A DNA stretch of 63,407 bases, counting the filler, from Reclinomonas americana ATCC 50394 (taxonomy: Eukaryota): the NCBI GenBank assembly GCA_048213135.1. It is 16 parts of 16 records of this genome, joined end to end, with 100 filler letters (N's around TTAATTAATTAA, not from the genome) between each part and the next. Parts side by side here need not be neighbours in the genome. Positions count along the whole stretch, not along the records: positions 52,090 to 53,960 come from AFZH01020419.1; positions 54,061 to 55,832 come from AFZH01020421.1; positions 55,933 to 57,334 come from AFZH01020422.1; positions 57,435 to 59,322 come from AFZH01020423.1; positions 59,423 to 60,973 come from AFZH01020424.1; positions 61,074 to 62,241 come from AFZH01020427.1; positions 62,342 to 63,407 come from AFZH01020429.1; 9 more parts are not named here. One strand, written 5' to 3'. Position 1 is the stretch's first letter, and each line of letters begins with the position of its first letter. The notes beneath the pieces are model-generated. The model saw only the letters and a program-made list of their open reading frames with translations. It was not told the origin of the DNA and did not search any database. Of the stretch, positions 52,174 through 63,407 are shown piece after piece. The position numbers were made by a program, and so were the translations under genes.

Positions 52174-53960
52174 ATGGGATGCCCTGCGTCGAAACGCGGT
52201 CACGGCAGTGACGACGACATAGGCGCGCACCGCTCACCCGCCTACGGTGCTGTGTCGTCGTCCACTGCAGCAGCAGCAGCACAGAACCGAAAGAGTTCTT
52301 CGTCGTCGTCTTCGGGCACTGGGAATAGCAGCAACAAGAAGAAGGGTGGCGGCAGTGGATATGTGTACTCGCAGCCGCCACCGCATCCTGCTGCTGGCAG
52401 TGTGCGATCGCTTTGTTGCGTGTGTGTGTGTGTGTGCGCTGGGGAGAGAGGGAGAGTGCGATGGCAATGGCCACGCCAGCACACTTGCAGCTGGCGTGCC
52501 TCAGTCTCTCTCGCACTTCGTGAGTGCGTTTGTGAGAGATCTGTGTGTGTGAGAGTCGCATTGCATTCTTGTGTATTGCATGCATGTTTCTCCGTCTCTG
52601 TATTGCGTTTCTTCGCCCTCTCACTCGCCTGCGTCAGTCGCTTTCCATTGGTGCCTTGCTGCTTCCGTTGCCTTGCTCCCTGCATGCTTCGGCACTCTTG
52701 TTTCTCTGCTCGTGGCCTGCATGCTTCGGCACTCTTGTTTCTCTGCTCGTGGCGTGGCCTCACGCTCATGTTCCTCTGCTCTTCTCTGCGTTTGCCAGTC
52801 GCTTTCCACTGCTGGCTGCCTTGGCGCTTCCTTTGCCGTGCTCCCTACACTCTTGCCTCTACGCTACATCACCCGTGGCGTCGCCTGTTGCTCATGTTCT
52901 TATCACGTTCCATTTCTGTCTCCCTGCGCCTCAATCGTTCTGTTCTTCGCTCACCTTCTTTTCCTCTCTTCTCATCCACTCTCCCCCCCTTTACCTCTCC
53001 CGCAGTACTGGAGGGCGGCGTGTCGCTGGAATCGTGCTACACTTACGTCGGCGCGCTGGACGCACTGACCAAGATCGACGCGCTGCACGCCATTTCGCGT
53101 TGTGGTGGATCCATGATGGGTGGCGCAGTGGTGGCCACGTTGTACGCATTGGGATGCACCGTGTCGGATATGAATCGTTTCCTGGAGAGCGTGCAAGCGT
53201 CACTGGACGACATTCAGCCGGCGCCACCGACGGCGCTGGTGGCACCTGCCGATCTGGGCACGCTGCGCGTGGACAAAGCGCTGGGAGCAGAGGAGATGTG
53301 GGCCGTGTATGAGGCGCTCGGCATTATTCTCAATGTGCGCGCCTACTCACCAGACGCCACCTTTCGACAAGTTGCGTGTGGCGCTGCCCGCCCATTTATC
53401 ATTCTCCGCGGCGCACTGACATGTAGCTCGCAGCTCAAAGACCGCTTCGGCATGACGCTCCTCATTGGTGCATACAACTTGACGCAGTCGGCACCGCACG
53501 TGTTTGGACCCGACAGTCATCCGAGTTTCGTTCGTCTCTTCCGATTCGCGGATCTCTTGGAAGTGACACTGCCTCACTTGTTTCCCCGACAGACATGCCG
53601 GTGCGGCTGGCCGTGCGGATTGCCATGTCGTATCCGCTTCTCTTTGCACCCGTTGTGTGGAACGACGCTGTGTGGGTGGCTGCCGACTTTCACGTGGCCA
53701 CGTTGCGTGCATGTCGAATGACTGACGCACACTGGTGTGGGCGCTCACCGTCCTCCCACAGTCTGTGCCAGCTGGAGTCCATGTTGACAGACAAAAAGTC
53801 GCTGCGACTGGCGATGGAGCCACCAAAGCTCGGAGTGCCCGCCGACTGTCGCGTCTCTGCATCCTTTCTGGAGCAATTACGGGTGCTCACAAATCGCGCT
53901 TCCCACCCGAAGGTACGCTTGCCCAGGCACGCTTTCTTCCTCCTCCTCCTCCCCCCTCAC
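52174..53960 (+). CDS. Patatin-like protein with degenerate catalytic motifs; 3' end in gap
   Basis: SL|LLEGGVS..YVGALDAL..CGGSMMGGAVVATLYALG..DATFRQ|LKDRFG..LLIGAYNLT..FGPDSHP|NMPVRLAVRIAMSYPLLFAPV..WVAAD. N-terminus MGC. Confidence 0.78.
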
Positions 53961-54060
53961 NNNNNNNNNNNNNNNNNNNNNNNNNNNNNNNNNNNNNNNN
54001 NNNNTTAATTAATTAANNNNNNNNNNNNNNNNNNNNNNNNNNNNNNNNNNNNNNNNNNNN

Positions 54061-55740
54061 TGCTGGCGCAGCGGCAGCCGGTGGCTTGAAGCCGGTGACG
54101 GCGGGCTTGGCGGGCGCCGCCGCAGGTGCTGGCGCAGCAGCTGCCGGCGGTTTGAAGCCAGTGAGTGCAGGCTTGGGTGGCGCCGCTCCCGCCGCAGTTC
54201 CGGTCGTCGTGCTGGTGGTAGCGGTGGCGGTCGTCGTCGTCGCGGCCGCCGGTGGCTTGAAACAAAGTGGCGGCTTGGCCGCAGCAGGAGCAGCAGCAGC
54301 AGCATCGGCCGGCTTGGGTGTCGCGACCGCCGTCGATGACGAAGATGCCGGGGCGAGTGGTGGCTTGCTGGCACTGGTCGCAGTGGTAGATGTCGTCGAC
54401 TTGAGGCCACTGAAAGGCGACGCCTTGGCCGCGGGCGGTGTGGACGACACCGCGGGAGCAGCAGCGGCACTTGCCGGAGCAGCAGCAGTGGTATCTCGTG
54501 TGAGCGGTGTCGGCTTCTCGCCGTCTTCTGGCAGCCTCAGATCCTTGGGCAGCGTTCGCTTCAGCTCCGGCAGCGGGGTCGACAGGCGCTCCAAGTGCTC
54601 CATGATGCGTCGCGCGGTATCACTGAAAGGCACCTCGCCACCATTCTGCTCGTGGTGTCGTGCACGCTTGCGCGCATCAAAGCCACCCGAACGGCCGTCT
54701 ACGGAAACCCACAGCAAGAAATGAGTGGGAGGGGAATGGTCGACACCATTGGTGAAATGAAACACACACCGACACTCTCGCGCACATCCTCTGCGTCGGC
54801 AGCTGCCGACGCCCGACCAGCACGCTCCTCAATCTCCTCGACATCCTCGCCACCCACACGACGCCGCTTGCCGAGTCGCACCGACGACAGATCCAACTGT
54901 GGTGCTGACTGGCGCAGTGCCGACGGCGACGGTCCGCGGACAGACGACTGCAAATGCGAGTACGACTGCGCGGCGTACGGGTTGTTCACCGAGCGACGCA
55001 ACGTGTCCGGTCCACGCACCGTTGGTCTGCGTCGAAGTCAGCGCACAATTCCCAAAACACGCACGCATGCACCTACAGAGATGCCCTCCACATACAAACC
55101 TCATTGACGAGCGACCGTCGACACCAGGACGAGAAGCGCGGTACGACGCCACGCTCGACACGTAGCGGAACGGTGTCGCCTGCTGCGCGGGCGTGAGGAA
55201 CTGCGGGTAGTTTTGCTGGAATGACGAGCGTGCCACTGTCGCTGGCTGGTAGGCGTGCTGCTCATACATGGGTCGCCGGCGGTACGCGGCTCCAGTGGAG
55301 AGCGGTGCGCGTGCACGCACGAGCGGCGGCTGCGCTGGCGTCGTCATGTCGAAGCTGAGCAGGGTTGATATGATTTGAGGTCAACAAGACTCTTGAATTA
55401 CTGCCATAACCACCACCACCAAGACAAAGCGCAACTCGTCTTCGTCCTCCTCTCCCTGCATGAATTCCCCGTCGCCCTCGGCAAACGGCGGCAGGTCACC
55501 ACCACCCATCGGACCATTCATCGAACCGTACAACATCTCATCGTCCTCGGTCTCGAACTTGGAGCGTGCGCCTCCCGGTCGAGTTGTCGACATGCCTCCA
55601 CGGTACGAGAGACGGCGCTGCACTTGCGCAGTAGCTGGCGTGGCCAGCGAGAACGCCGAGTGCGCAATGCGCGGCGACGTGGCAGAGGCTGTTGGCGCCG
55701 CCGCCGCTGATGATGATCCGCGTTGACGAACAAATGCTCC

Positions 55741-55832
<92 letters not shown>

Positions 55833-55932
55833 NNNNNNNNNNNNNNNNNNNNNNNNNNNNNNNNNNNNNNNNNNNNTTAATTAATTAANNNNNNNNNNNN
55901 NNNNNNNNNNNNNNNNNNNNNNNNNNNNNNNN

Positions 55933-56022
<90 letters not shown>

Positions 56023-57231
56023 GAGTCACGGCGTGTATGTATGTGTGTGTGTCTCTCTCTCTTCGACTCACGCGAATGACATCGTACGTCGTCGGACTGG
56101 TGACGCGCTCGGGACGCGGACGAACCAGGCCACCACCGTTGCCGGCGTCAGCAGCAGCAGACGACTCTGCCATCGAGTCCAACCGATCTATGCTGCCGTT
56201 GCGCGAGAGCTCCTCGCGCGCCTGCGACATGGCCTCTTCCAGCTCATCCACGGGCCCGGCTGCGGCCGCCGCCGCCGCTGCAGCACCACGTCGAGTCTGC
56301 AAGCACAATAAGGCGAAACCCACCAACGCAGCAGCAGCAGAGATCTTCCCGACAACACACCATCACTGACGATGCTGTTCCGGCCGCCGCTGGTCGCCGT
56401 GGTGGTGGTGGCAGCGTGCCGAGCTCACGCACAGCAGCCTCTGCACGAAAGATGCAAACACAATGGCATTGTGAGTGAGAAGTCCAACTGAGAGTGGCAC
56501 ATTATCACACGTACACACACACACACACAAACAAACAGAACACACGACAAGATGTAGTTGTGTGCACGCCCCGCGGCAGCACTCACCCTTCTCCTCCCGG
56601 AACGCACGCGCCTCTGCCAAGTGCTGCTCCACCAGCACTTGCTCCTCCGCGGCCAATTCCCGCTTCTCATTGCTGCTCTTTCCCGTCGCCGCCACCTCCT
56701 CCACTGCCTCCTCCTCTTCCCCCCCATCATCACCACCAGCAGTAGCAGCACCAAGCTCCGCCTCATCACCGTGCCAGCCATTGGCGCGGTTTCTCGTGGC
56801 CATCGCCGGTGCGTACGGTTGACGCGAACGCGTGGCCGCAGCGACCACCCGGCGATGACGATGCTCGGCATCTCCTCCCGCCTTCACTGCATCGCTGTAG
56901 TGCACTTGTTGCTGCTGCACATCGTCATCGTCGTCGTCAAAGTGCATCGAGTCACTGTCGAGCACACTGCCGGGTGTCACTCGCCCGCCTCCATCCTGAT
57001 CGCTGTTGCGTCCAAGCAGATGATTGACACGATCCACCACGTAGCTGGCCATGCGTGCAAACAAGCCACGCTTGGGCGCCTTCGAGACAGAGAGAGAGAG
57101 AGACATGAGCGCGCAATGACGAGACACACTTTTTTCTTGCATGCGTGCAAAAAGGCGTTGCTCACCCGTGGATACGGTACGCCACTGTTGGCGCGTGCAA
57201 GTTGCACACGGCCTCCAGGAACGTAACTCAT
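54061..57231 (-). CDS. Nuclear basket nucleoporin, Nup153/NUP1-like; spans gap at 55833, 3' end in gap
   Basis: N-terminal GGRVQLAR..VPYPR|APKRGLFARMASYVVDRVNHLLG; SDTARRIMEHLERLSTP motif; Ala/Pro/Thr-rich region with repeated (G)FKPPAAA. Confidence 0.65.
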
Positions 57232-57534
57232 TGGTGTGTATGCGACTTGGGGGGGGGGGCACGCGGTCAGCACACGGTGTTAAACACAAAAGTAGGGGTA
57301 CAGTACCCCAGGAAAAGGAAATTTCGAGTCGGGANNNNNNNNNNNNNNNNNNNNNNNNNNNNNNNNNNNNNNNNNNNNTTAATTAATTAANNNNNNNNNN
57401 NNNNNNNNNNNNNNNNNNNNNNNNNNNNNNNNNNGAGAGAGATGCTAGCCAAGCAAGGAGCACATAACCCACACAGCAATGATGACAAGTTTCGTGCCAG
57501 TACATATAGCAAGGAGCATCATCATGATCATATC

Positions 57535-57633
57535 GGTGATCGCCAACAGGTCTCGTGTTCTTTCCACTTACAACCAACGCTGTTCAAGTGGATGCACATG
57601 TTACATACACGAGACTTGTTGGTGACGATCACC
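57535..57633. repeat. Imperfect inverted repeat
   Basis: GGTGATCGCCAACAGGTCTCGTGT (57535-57558) pairs with ACACGAGACTTGTTGGTGACGATCACC (57607-57633), with one mismatch and a 3-nt bulge. Confidence 0.85.
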
Positions 57634-60600
57634 TGCTAGCAGTGCACTGACGTCAAGATGCTCATTACTATGGATCAGTGAACTGGCCAGAGTACTGTCG
57701 CCGAGCACTACAAGAAGAGGGACACCAGAAAAAAGAGAGCGACGAGAGACCTATGCATATATGGGACGACATCACACAGAGAGGTAAACAAGTGAACCAT
57801 AACACACATACAGAGAAAAATAGTGCACGCTGAAGTGCGTATGCGCAGCGTGCGTTGAGTGTGCTCACACTGACAAACAACCATGATAGGAGAACCTTTT
57901 CTACTCACACACTTACCTTCTGTCATGAGTCTTGGATATCGCAAATCCAGAGGGTGTACGTGCTGGTTGCTGACAGCACCGTGTGCTGGCGCCAGCAAGT
58001 GTCTGTGCCCTGCGGCCTGCGCGCTATCGTCCTGCACACCAAGTGCGTCTTGCCTACCGAACAACAGTGCGGTACTGCGTTCTGACTGCACAGCGCCTAC
58101 AAAATGAATTGCACTTGGGTGAGAGATCGGTCTCAGATCAGCAGAATGCATGTGTCGACTGACTCTGTTGTGCCATAATAGCGCTATTCACAGTCTGCCC
58201 TTCTCTTTTCCACATAGTGATACACGACGCAACTTGCTATGGCATCAAGGATTCTGACGTGATCTGATAACGCCTTCAAGGCCGTTTTTTCGGCCGTGAA
58301 CGCGCCAATCTTCGTCCTCATCAACATGCACCTGGTGCATTCTGCACCGCCGCAGTTGAAGACACGGTGGCGATGATCAATGTCGGAGCTGACGCCTGAC
58401 GACGTCAGCAGTGCATCCAGCAGTGCACTGGACTCTTCCTTGGCAGTAAACAGTGTCGACATCTCATGCATATGACTCGCCGCCGAGAAGAGTGCCGCAA
58501 GTTTCAGTGCAGAGCCAACCAACACTGATGAGCATGTGAGCCAACCAGCCTCTGGCACAAGTACTCGCAGCGCAAGTCGTAGATCAGTGTCGGTGAGCGT
58601 AGCAGCACGAGAGCGCAACTGCGTGCGCACAGTGGCGGTGGAACCGCAGTCTGCAGTGGACCCGCCTGCATGCGCAGCTGATTGCAGTTGAGTGTCGGTG
58701 CCAGTGCCGTCCAGACGAGTTGACGTCTTCTCGTCGATGAACACGGAGCACTCATCCACCAGTCTCCCAAACGCCTCGCGGATCACATCATGCGCATCGC
58801 GTCGTGGTGCACCACCACCAGCTGCCACTGTTCTTCCAGCGCCAACGTAAACGACATCAGTCGATGATGCATGCGGTGGTGCTGCAGCAGTGGTCTCCGA
58901 TGCGGAACGAGGCTGCATGTGAGACGCTGACCCCAACTGCATACGATACGATGTCCACATCCTAAACAATTGGTCATAGCAATGCCGAAGGCGCATAACC
59001 TGTCTGTCATCCTCATTCCGAGTAAAAGGCGGGAGTGTCGGTGCCGTGACGCCGTCACCACTCTTGCACACATCATTCTCGACTCCCACAAGATAAGCAC
59101 GTGCCCTCGTCAAGACGATGCCGTTGCAGGCGATAATACGAGCTGGCGGCAGTGGCAGCGTGTTTTCAGCTGCAGCTGGTGGTGAGGCCAGCCAATTTTT
59201 CTCCTCGACTCCGCCACCACCATCCGGCGGCGGAGCCATGAGCATGAATTGTGAGTTGATGATTGCAGCAACCGTGCACAGATACTCATCCAGGGTCCAG
59301 TCGCACACTGAAGGTGGCAACGNNNNNNNNNNNNNNNNNNNNNNNNNNNNNNNNNNNNNNNNNNNNTTAATTAATTAANNNNNNNNNNNNNNNNNNNNNN
59401 NNNNNNNNNNNNNNNNNNNNNNCGTGGACCAGACGACGTTGCATCTAGGAGAGAGAGAGAGAGAGCGCAAGTCCGGCAAGCAAGCGACAAGTGCATTCAG
59501 ATGAGCAACCAACACGAATGCACATCAAAGATACATGGCGCACTCACCGTCGTCATCATGCTGAGCACTCTCACGTTGATGATTGGGCCCGGGGGCAGCG
59601 GGAGAAGAAGAGTTCCAAAACTGTGCGCCCGCGCCAGCAAGTACGGCACACTGAATGCGGCGAAGGGCGTGAACCACGCGCTGTCTCTCCTCACTGAGCT
59701 TGTTGAGGTGGATTGCACCAGCATCCGGGTCGCTCAAGAGGGCGACCCACAGGCGAGGCAAGTCATTGCGCAAAAAGCGCATGAAATCGACAGCGGACAA
59801 GTGAAGCTGGCGACCATCACCACCACCACCACCACCATTGCCACCACTCGCAGCTGCGCACCAAACAATCAAACAAAGATGCCGTGTCAACAAACAAATG
59901 ACATGCGTGCTGCGCACGATCCACACATAAATTAAATATGCACACACCGCCACCGGATTCTTGGTCAGGCCTGTACATGTGCTCACAATCGCGAACGACA
60001 CCGGCAGCCGCCGTCGCACTGCTTGTCGACGTGTCCTGATCATGCATTGTTGCAGTGACTGCAGAGAGACGATGCAATGAAGACTGTGAGTACACCGCTG
60101 GTGGTGCACCGATGCGATGCAACAACAACAATCTCACCTCCACCAACACCTGCTGCACTGTGACCAGCATCGACATCGTCGGTGCCAGCATCGTCGACGT
60201 GCATCGGCTGTGATGATTCATCACACTGAATGCGCGACAGGAGTGCTCGCAGGTGCGACACCGACAGATGGAGAGGAGACTCGCCACTGTCCGCATGTGA
60301 TTCAGTGGAACCAGCTGATGCGGAAAAACATCGGATGCAGTTATCGATCTGCTTCTTCACGTGCAGCAGTTCCCGCGCGATCGTCGCCGTTTCGTCACAC
60401 AACGACCCGAGAGAGAATGCGTTCCTCTCGCCATCCCGCGCAAGCATCTGCAAGTGCGCCGACACGCCTCCATGCGTCACGCGCACGACACCGTTCGACA
60501 AGCTTGAGGTACACGGCACGATGCTCGCCAGTGCGTCCAAGTAGCTCAGCCAGCACTGCAGGTCCACCACATCCTCCTCTGGATCTGCCATACTTTTGGC

Positions 60601-60973
60601 GGCAAGCACCAGGGTGCTGAACTTGCCGCGCAGCTGTCGACGCAGAAAATTGGCGAAAAGCATCAGCCTGTCAACCGCATCAACCTCCTGTCGCAATAGC
60701 TTGCAAGGCAACGAGAAGTCGTAGTCGTCGCCACCATTGGCCGCTTCCGCCAGCAAATCTGGCAGCAAATGATGTTGTAGGCAAACAACGATACACACAC
60801 TAACTGGAATCGAACACAACAAACCAGCAGGAATGATGGCATGCAAAGGGCAATACGCGAGCGCCGCTCGCAGTGAGCGCTCCAGTCCAAGTCGTCGTAC
60901 ACCACCACCAGAGCTCGAGGCACCGGCGTGTGCTGCTGCGCCGCCGGATCCATGCTGGACGTCACCGGTCGTA
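57601..60973 (-). CDS. Large hypothetical protein with long exons; spans gap at 59323, 5' end in gap
   Basis: ORF segments 60040-60846, 59525-59900 and 58234-59322 join through GTTGCG..TAG (58233-58097) and GTAAGT..TAG introns to a last exon ending QQVSCM-stop. No family recognised. Confidence 0.55.
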
Positions 60974-61073
60974 NNNNNNNNNNNNNNNNNNNNNNNNNNN
61001 NNNNNNNNNNNNNNNNNTTAATTAATTAANNNNNNNNNNNNNNNNNNNNNNNNNNNNNNNNNNNNNNNNNNNN

Positions 61074-62241
61074 CGATCCGTAGTAGTTCGCATCACACTG
61101 GCACGTTCCATTGACGTTGCACGAACCGTGGCCGGAGCACGCAGTAGCCGCCACGCAGTTGACGCTGCACGATGGTCCGTAGTAGTCCGCGTCGCACTGA
61201 CACGATCCGTCCGTCTGGCACGAACCGTGACCGGAGCACGTGGTGGCCGCCACGCAGTTGGCGTTGCACGATGATCCGTAGTAATTCGCAGCACATTGAC
61301 ACGTTCCATCCATCTGGCACGAACCGTGGCCGGAGCACGTCGTCGCGGCATTGCATGGTGACCCGCCGACACTGCTGCCGCACGACGCACCACTGAACCC
61401 TGTGTCACACTGGCACGTTCCATCCGTCTGGCATGAACCGTGGCCGGAGCACGTAGTAGCCGCCACGCAGTTGACGTTGCACGATGATCCGTAGTAATTC
61501 GCAGCACATTGACACGTTCCATCTGTCTGGCACGAACCGTGGCCGGAGCACGTGGTGGCCGCCACGCAGTTGACGTTGCACGATGATCCGTAGTAATTCG
61601 CAGCACATTGACACGACCCATTCGTCTGACAGGTACCGTGACCAGAGCACGTGGTGGAAGCCACGCAGTTGACGCTGCACGATGATCCGTAGTAATTCGC
61701 ATCACACTGGCACGTTCCATTGACGCTGCATGAACCATGGCCAGAGCAATTCGCCGACGGACTGCAGTTGCAGTCGCTATTGACATAGTCGCCAGCGCAC
61801 TGACACGTTCCATTCGTCTGGCACGAACCGTGACCGGAGCACGTGGTGGCCGCCACGCAGTTGACGTTGCACGATGATCCGTAATAGTCCATATCGCACT
61901 GGCACGTTCCATCCGTCTTGCACGAACCTTGACCGCTGCATGTGCTTGCCGCCACGCAGTTGACATTGCACGAAGACCCGTAATAATCTGCAGCGCATTG
62001 GCAGGTTCCGTCGGCCTTGCATGAGCCATGGCCGGAACACGTGCTGCTCGCTACACAGCTGACGTTGCACGACGATCCATAATAGTCCGCATCGCACTGG
62101 CATGTACCGTCCGCCTTACACGAACCGTGGCCGGAGCACGAAGTGGCCGCTGTACAGTTGACGTTGCACGACGATCCGTAATAGTCCGTATCACACTGGC
62201 ACGTTCCGCCTGTCTGGCATGTACCGTGACCGGAGCACGTC
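61074..62241 (-). CDS. Tandem EGF-like repeat protein fragment (33-aa/99-bp units, ~12 copies)
   Basis: The whole contig is open in one frame: repeats of CVAATTCSGHGSCQTDGTCQCxANYYGSSCNVN. Both ends lie in gaps. Confidence 0.92.
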
Positions 62242-62346
62242 NNNNNNNNNNNNNNNNNNNNNNNNNNNNNNNNNNNNNNNNNNNNTTAATTAATTAANNN
62301 NNNNNNNNNNNNNNNNNNNNNNNNNNNNNNNNNNNNNNNNNAGAGA

Positions 62347-62382
<36 letters not shown>

Positions 62383-62425
62383 AGAGAGAAGAGAGAAGCA
62401 TGATCAACTCTGTGTTCCACTCGCT

Positions 62426-62611
62426 GTGCGTCTGACGTGCATTGTCTGCCGAGCAGTAATGGAGGACTGTCGACGACGAGCGGCGGAGATGGAGGGCAAG
62501 CCGTCGAAGAACTGGGTGGCCGGTGCATTTGTGCTGCTCTTGTGGGTGTGCGGTGGCGTGTGGATGTATCGAGTGATCACTGCGGCCGTGTCGTCGTCGT
62601 CGTCGTCGTAG
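62426..62611 (+). CDS. Probable last exon of a C-terminally anchored membrane protein
   Basis: ..EMEGKPSKNWVAGAFVLLLWVCGGVWMYRVITAAVSSSSSS-stop, downstream of intron-like sequence. Confidence 0.35.
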   Translation: MRLTCIVCRAVMEDCRRRAAEMEGKPSKNWVAGAFVLLLWVCGGVWMYRVITAAVSSSSSS

Positions 62612-62640
62612 AGGGATATTCTTTTTATATATGCTGCCTC

Positions 62641-63030
62641 CTACAATACAACGCACGCGGAAGGCGCTTCTCGCGTGCCGAGGCCGGCGGATGACGCTAA
62701 TGGTGGCGATGTTGATGATGATGATGATGACGAGGGACCGGCGCCGACAGGAGCGGACGATGGTCGACTGCCCAACGAGGGGCGGTACACGAATGGCTTG
62801 TGGCCGCCGCGAACCGATGACAAAATAAAGTGGCGAATGGCTTGTGCGTGAATCTCGGCCGGTTGTGAGTCCAGCGATACCAGCATGCCTCGCCGGCCAT
62901 TCATCTCCGCCACGTCCAGCACGCCACCAAGACGGGCGGCTACCGATGTGGAGTATGGATGTGCCTCCTCACCGGGCGTCGGCAGCTGACGTGAGTCCAC
63001 GTCGTCGACCACCAGGAAGAGGATGGGCGC
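62641..63030 (-). CDS. Last exon of a hypothetical protein ending in a CaaX box
   Basis: Coding-like exon after a pyrimidine-rich acceptor region, ending EAPSACVVL-stop. Confidence 0.5.
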   Translation of the reverse strand, partial: APILFLVVDDVDSRQLPTPGEEAHPYSTSVAARLGGVLDVAEMNGRRGMLVSLDSQPAEIHAQAIRHFILSSVRGGHKPFVYRPSLGSRPSSAPVGAGPSSSSSSSTSPPLASSAGLGTREAPSACVVL

Positions 63031-63286
63031 TGTGTGGACGAGGAATGGGAAAGGGAGGGAGATAAGCAAAGAGAAGATAGAACGTGAGAGAGGGAGAGTG
63101 AAAAACCGGGTTTGAAGCGAAGGAGTCAGACACACAGACTGGTAGGCAGGCACGTAGGCAGACAGATAGACAGACACACAGACACACACCATGCACAGAG
63201 AGAGAGAGAGAAAAAAAAGAACCAACAAATGACAGACAAGGGTGACAGACATGATAGTGGGCGAGAATAGACGAGACAGTCAACTG

Positions 63287-63401
<115 letters not shown>

Positions 63402-63407
63402 GAGAGA

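Overview
Gene-dense, intron-rich nuclear DNA of a microbial eukaryote, read in the standard code (TAA, TAG and TGA all act as stops). The window is 16 contigs joined by artificial 100-bp spacers (N44-TTAATTAATTAA-N44). Contig order looks real, because NHP2, the m-AAA protease, CMTR1 and the nucleoporin continue across gaps. Introns are mostly about 50-150 nt, so most listed ORFs are exon fragments; I built the gene models by hand-splicing, without RNA data. Content: a 7-blade WD40 protein, an intronless NACHT-pentapeptide-WD40 (NLR-like) gene, a giant Pmp-repeat multi-TM protein, two tandem genes each encoding a full ammonium transporter (Amt) fused in frame to a class III adenylyl cyclase, a MerB-like fragment between them, then BCNT/SWC5, NHP2, an SDR, an AFG3-like protease, PDI, CMTR1, NOP53, a secreted LRR protein, TMEM208, PLAC8-like, a degenerate patatin, a Nup153/NUP1-like gene, EGF-repeat and hypothetical genes. 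Main highlights: (1) the Amt-adenylyl cyclase fusions, a candidate one-component ammonium-to-cAMP receptor; (2) an abundant class of 5' splice sites shifted by one base (GTTGCGT type, G at +6 instead of +5); (3) a bacterial-type organomercury-lyase-like gene.
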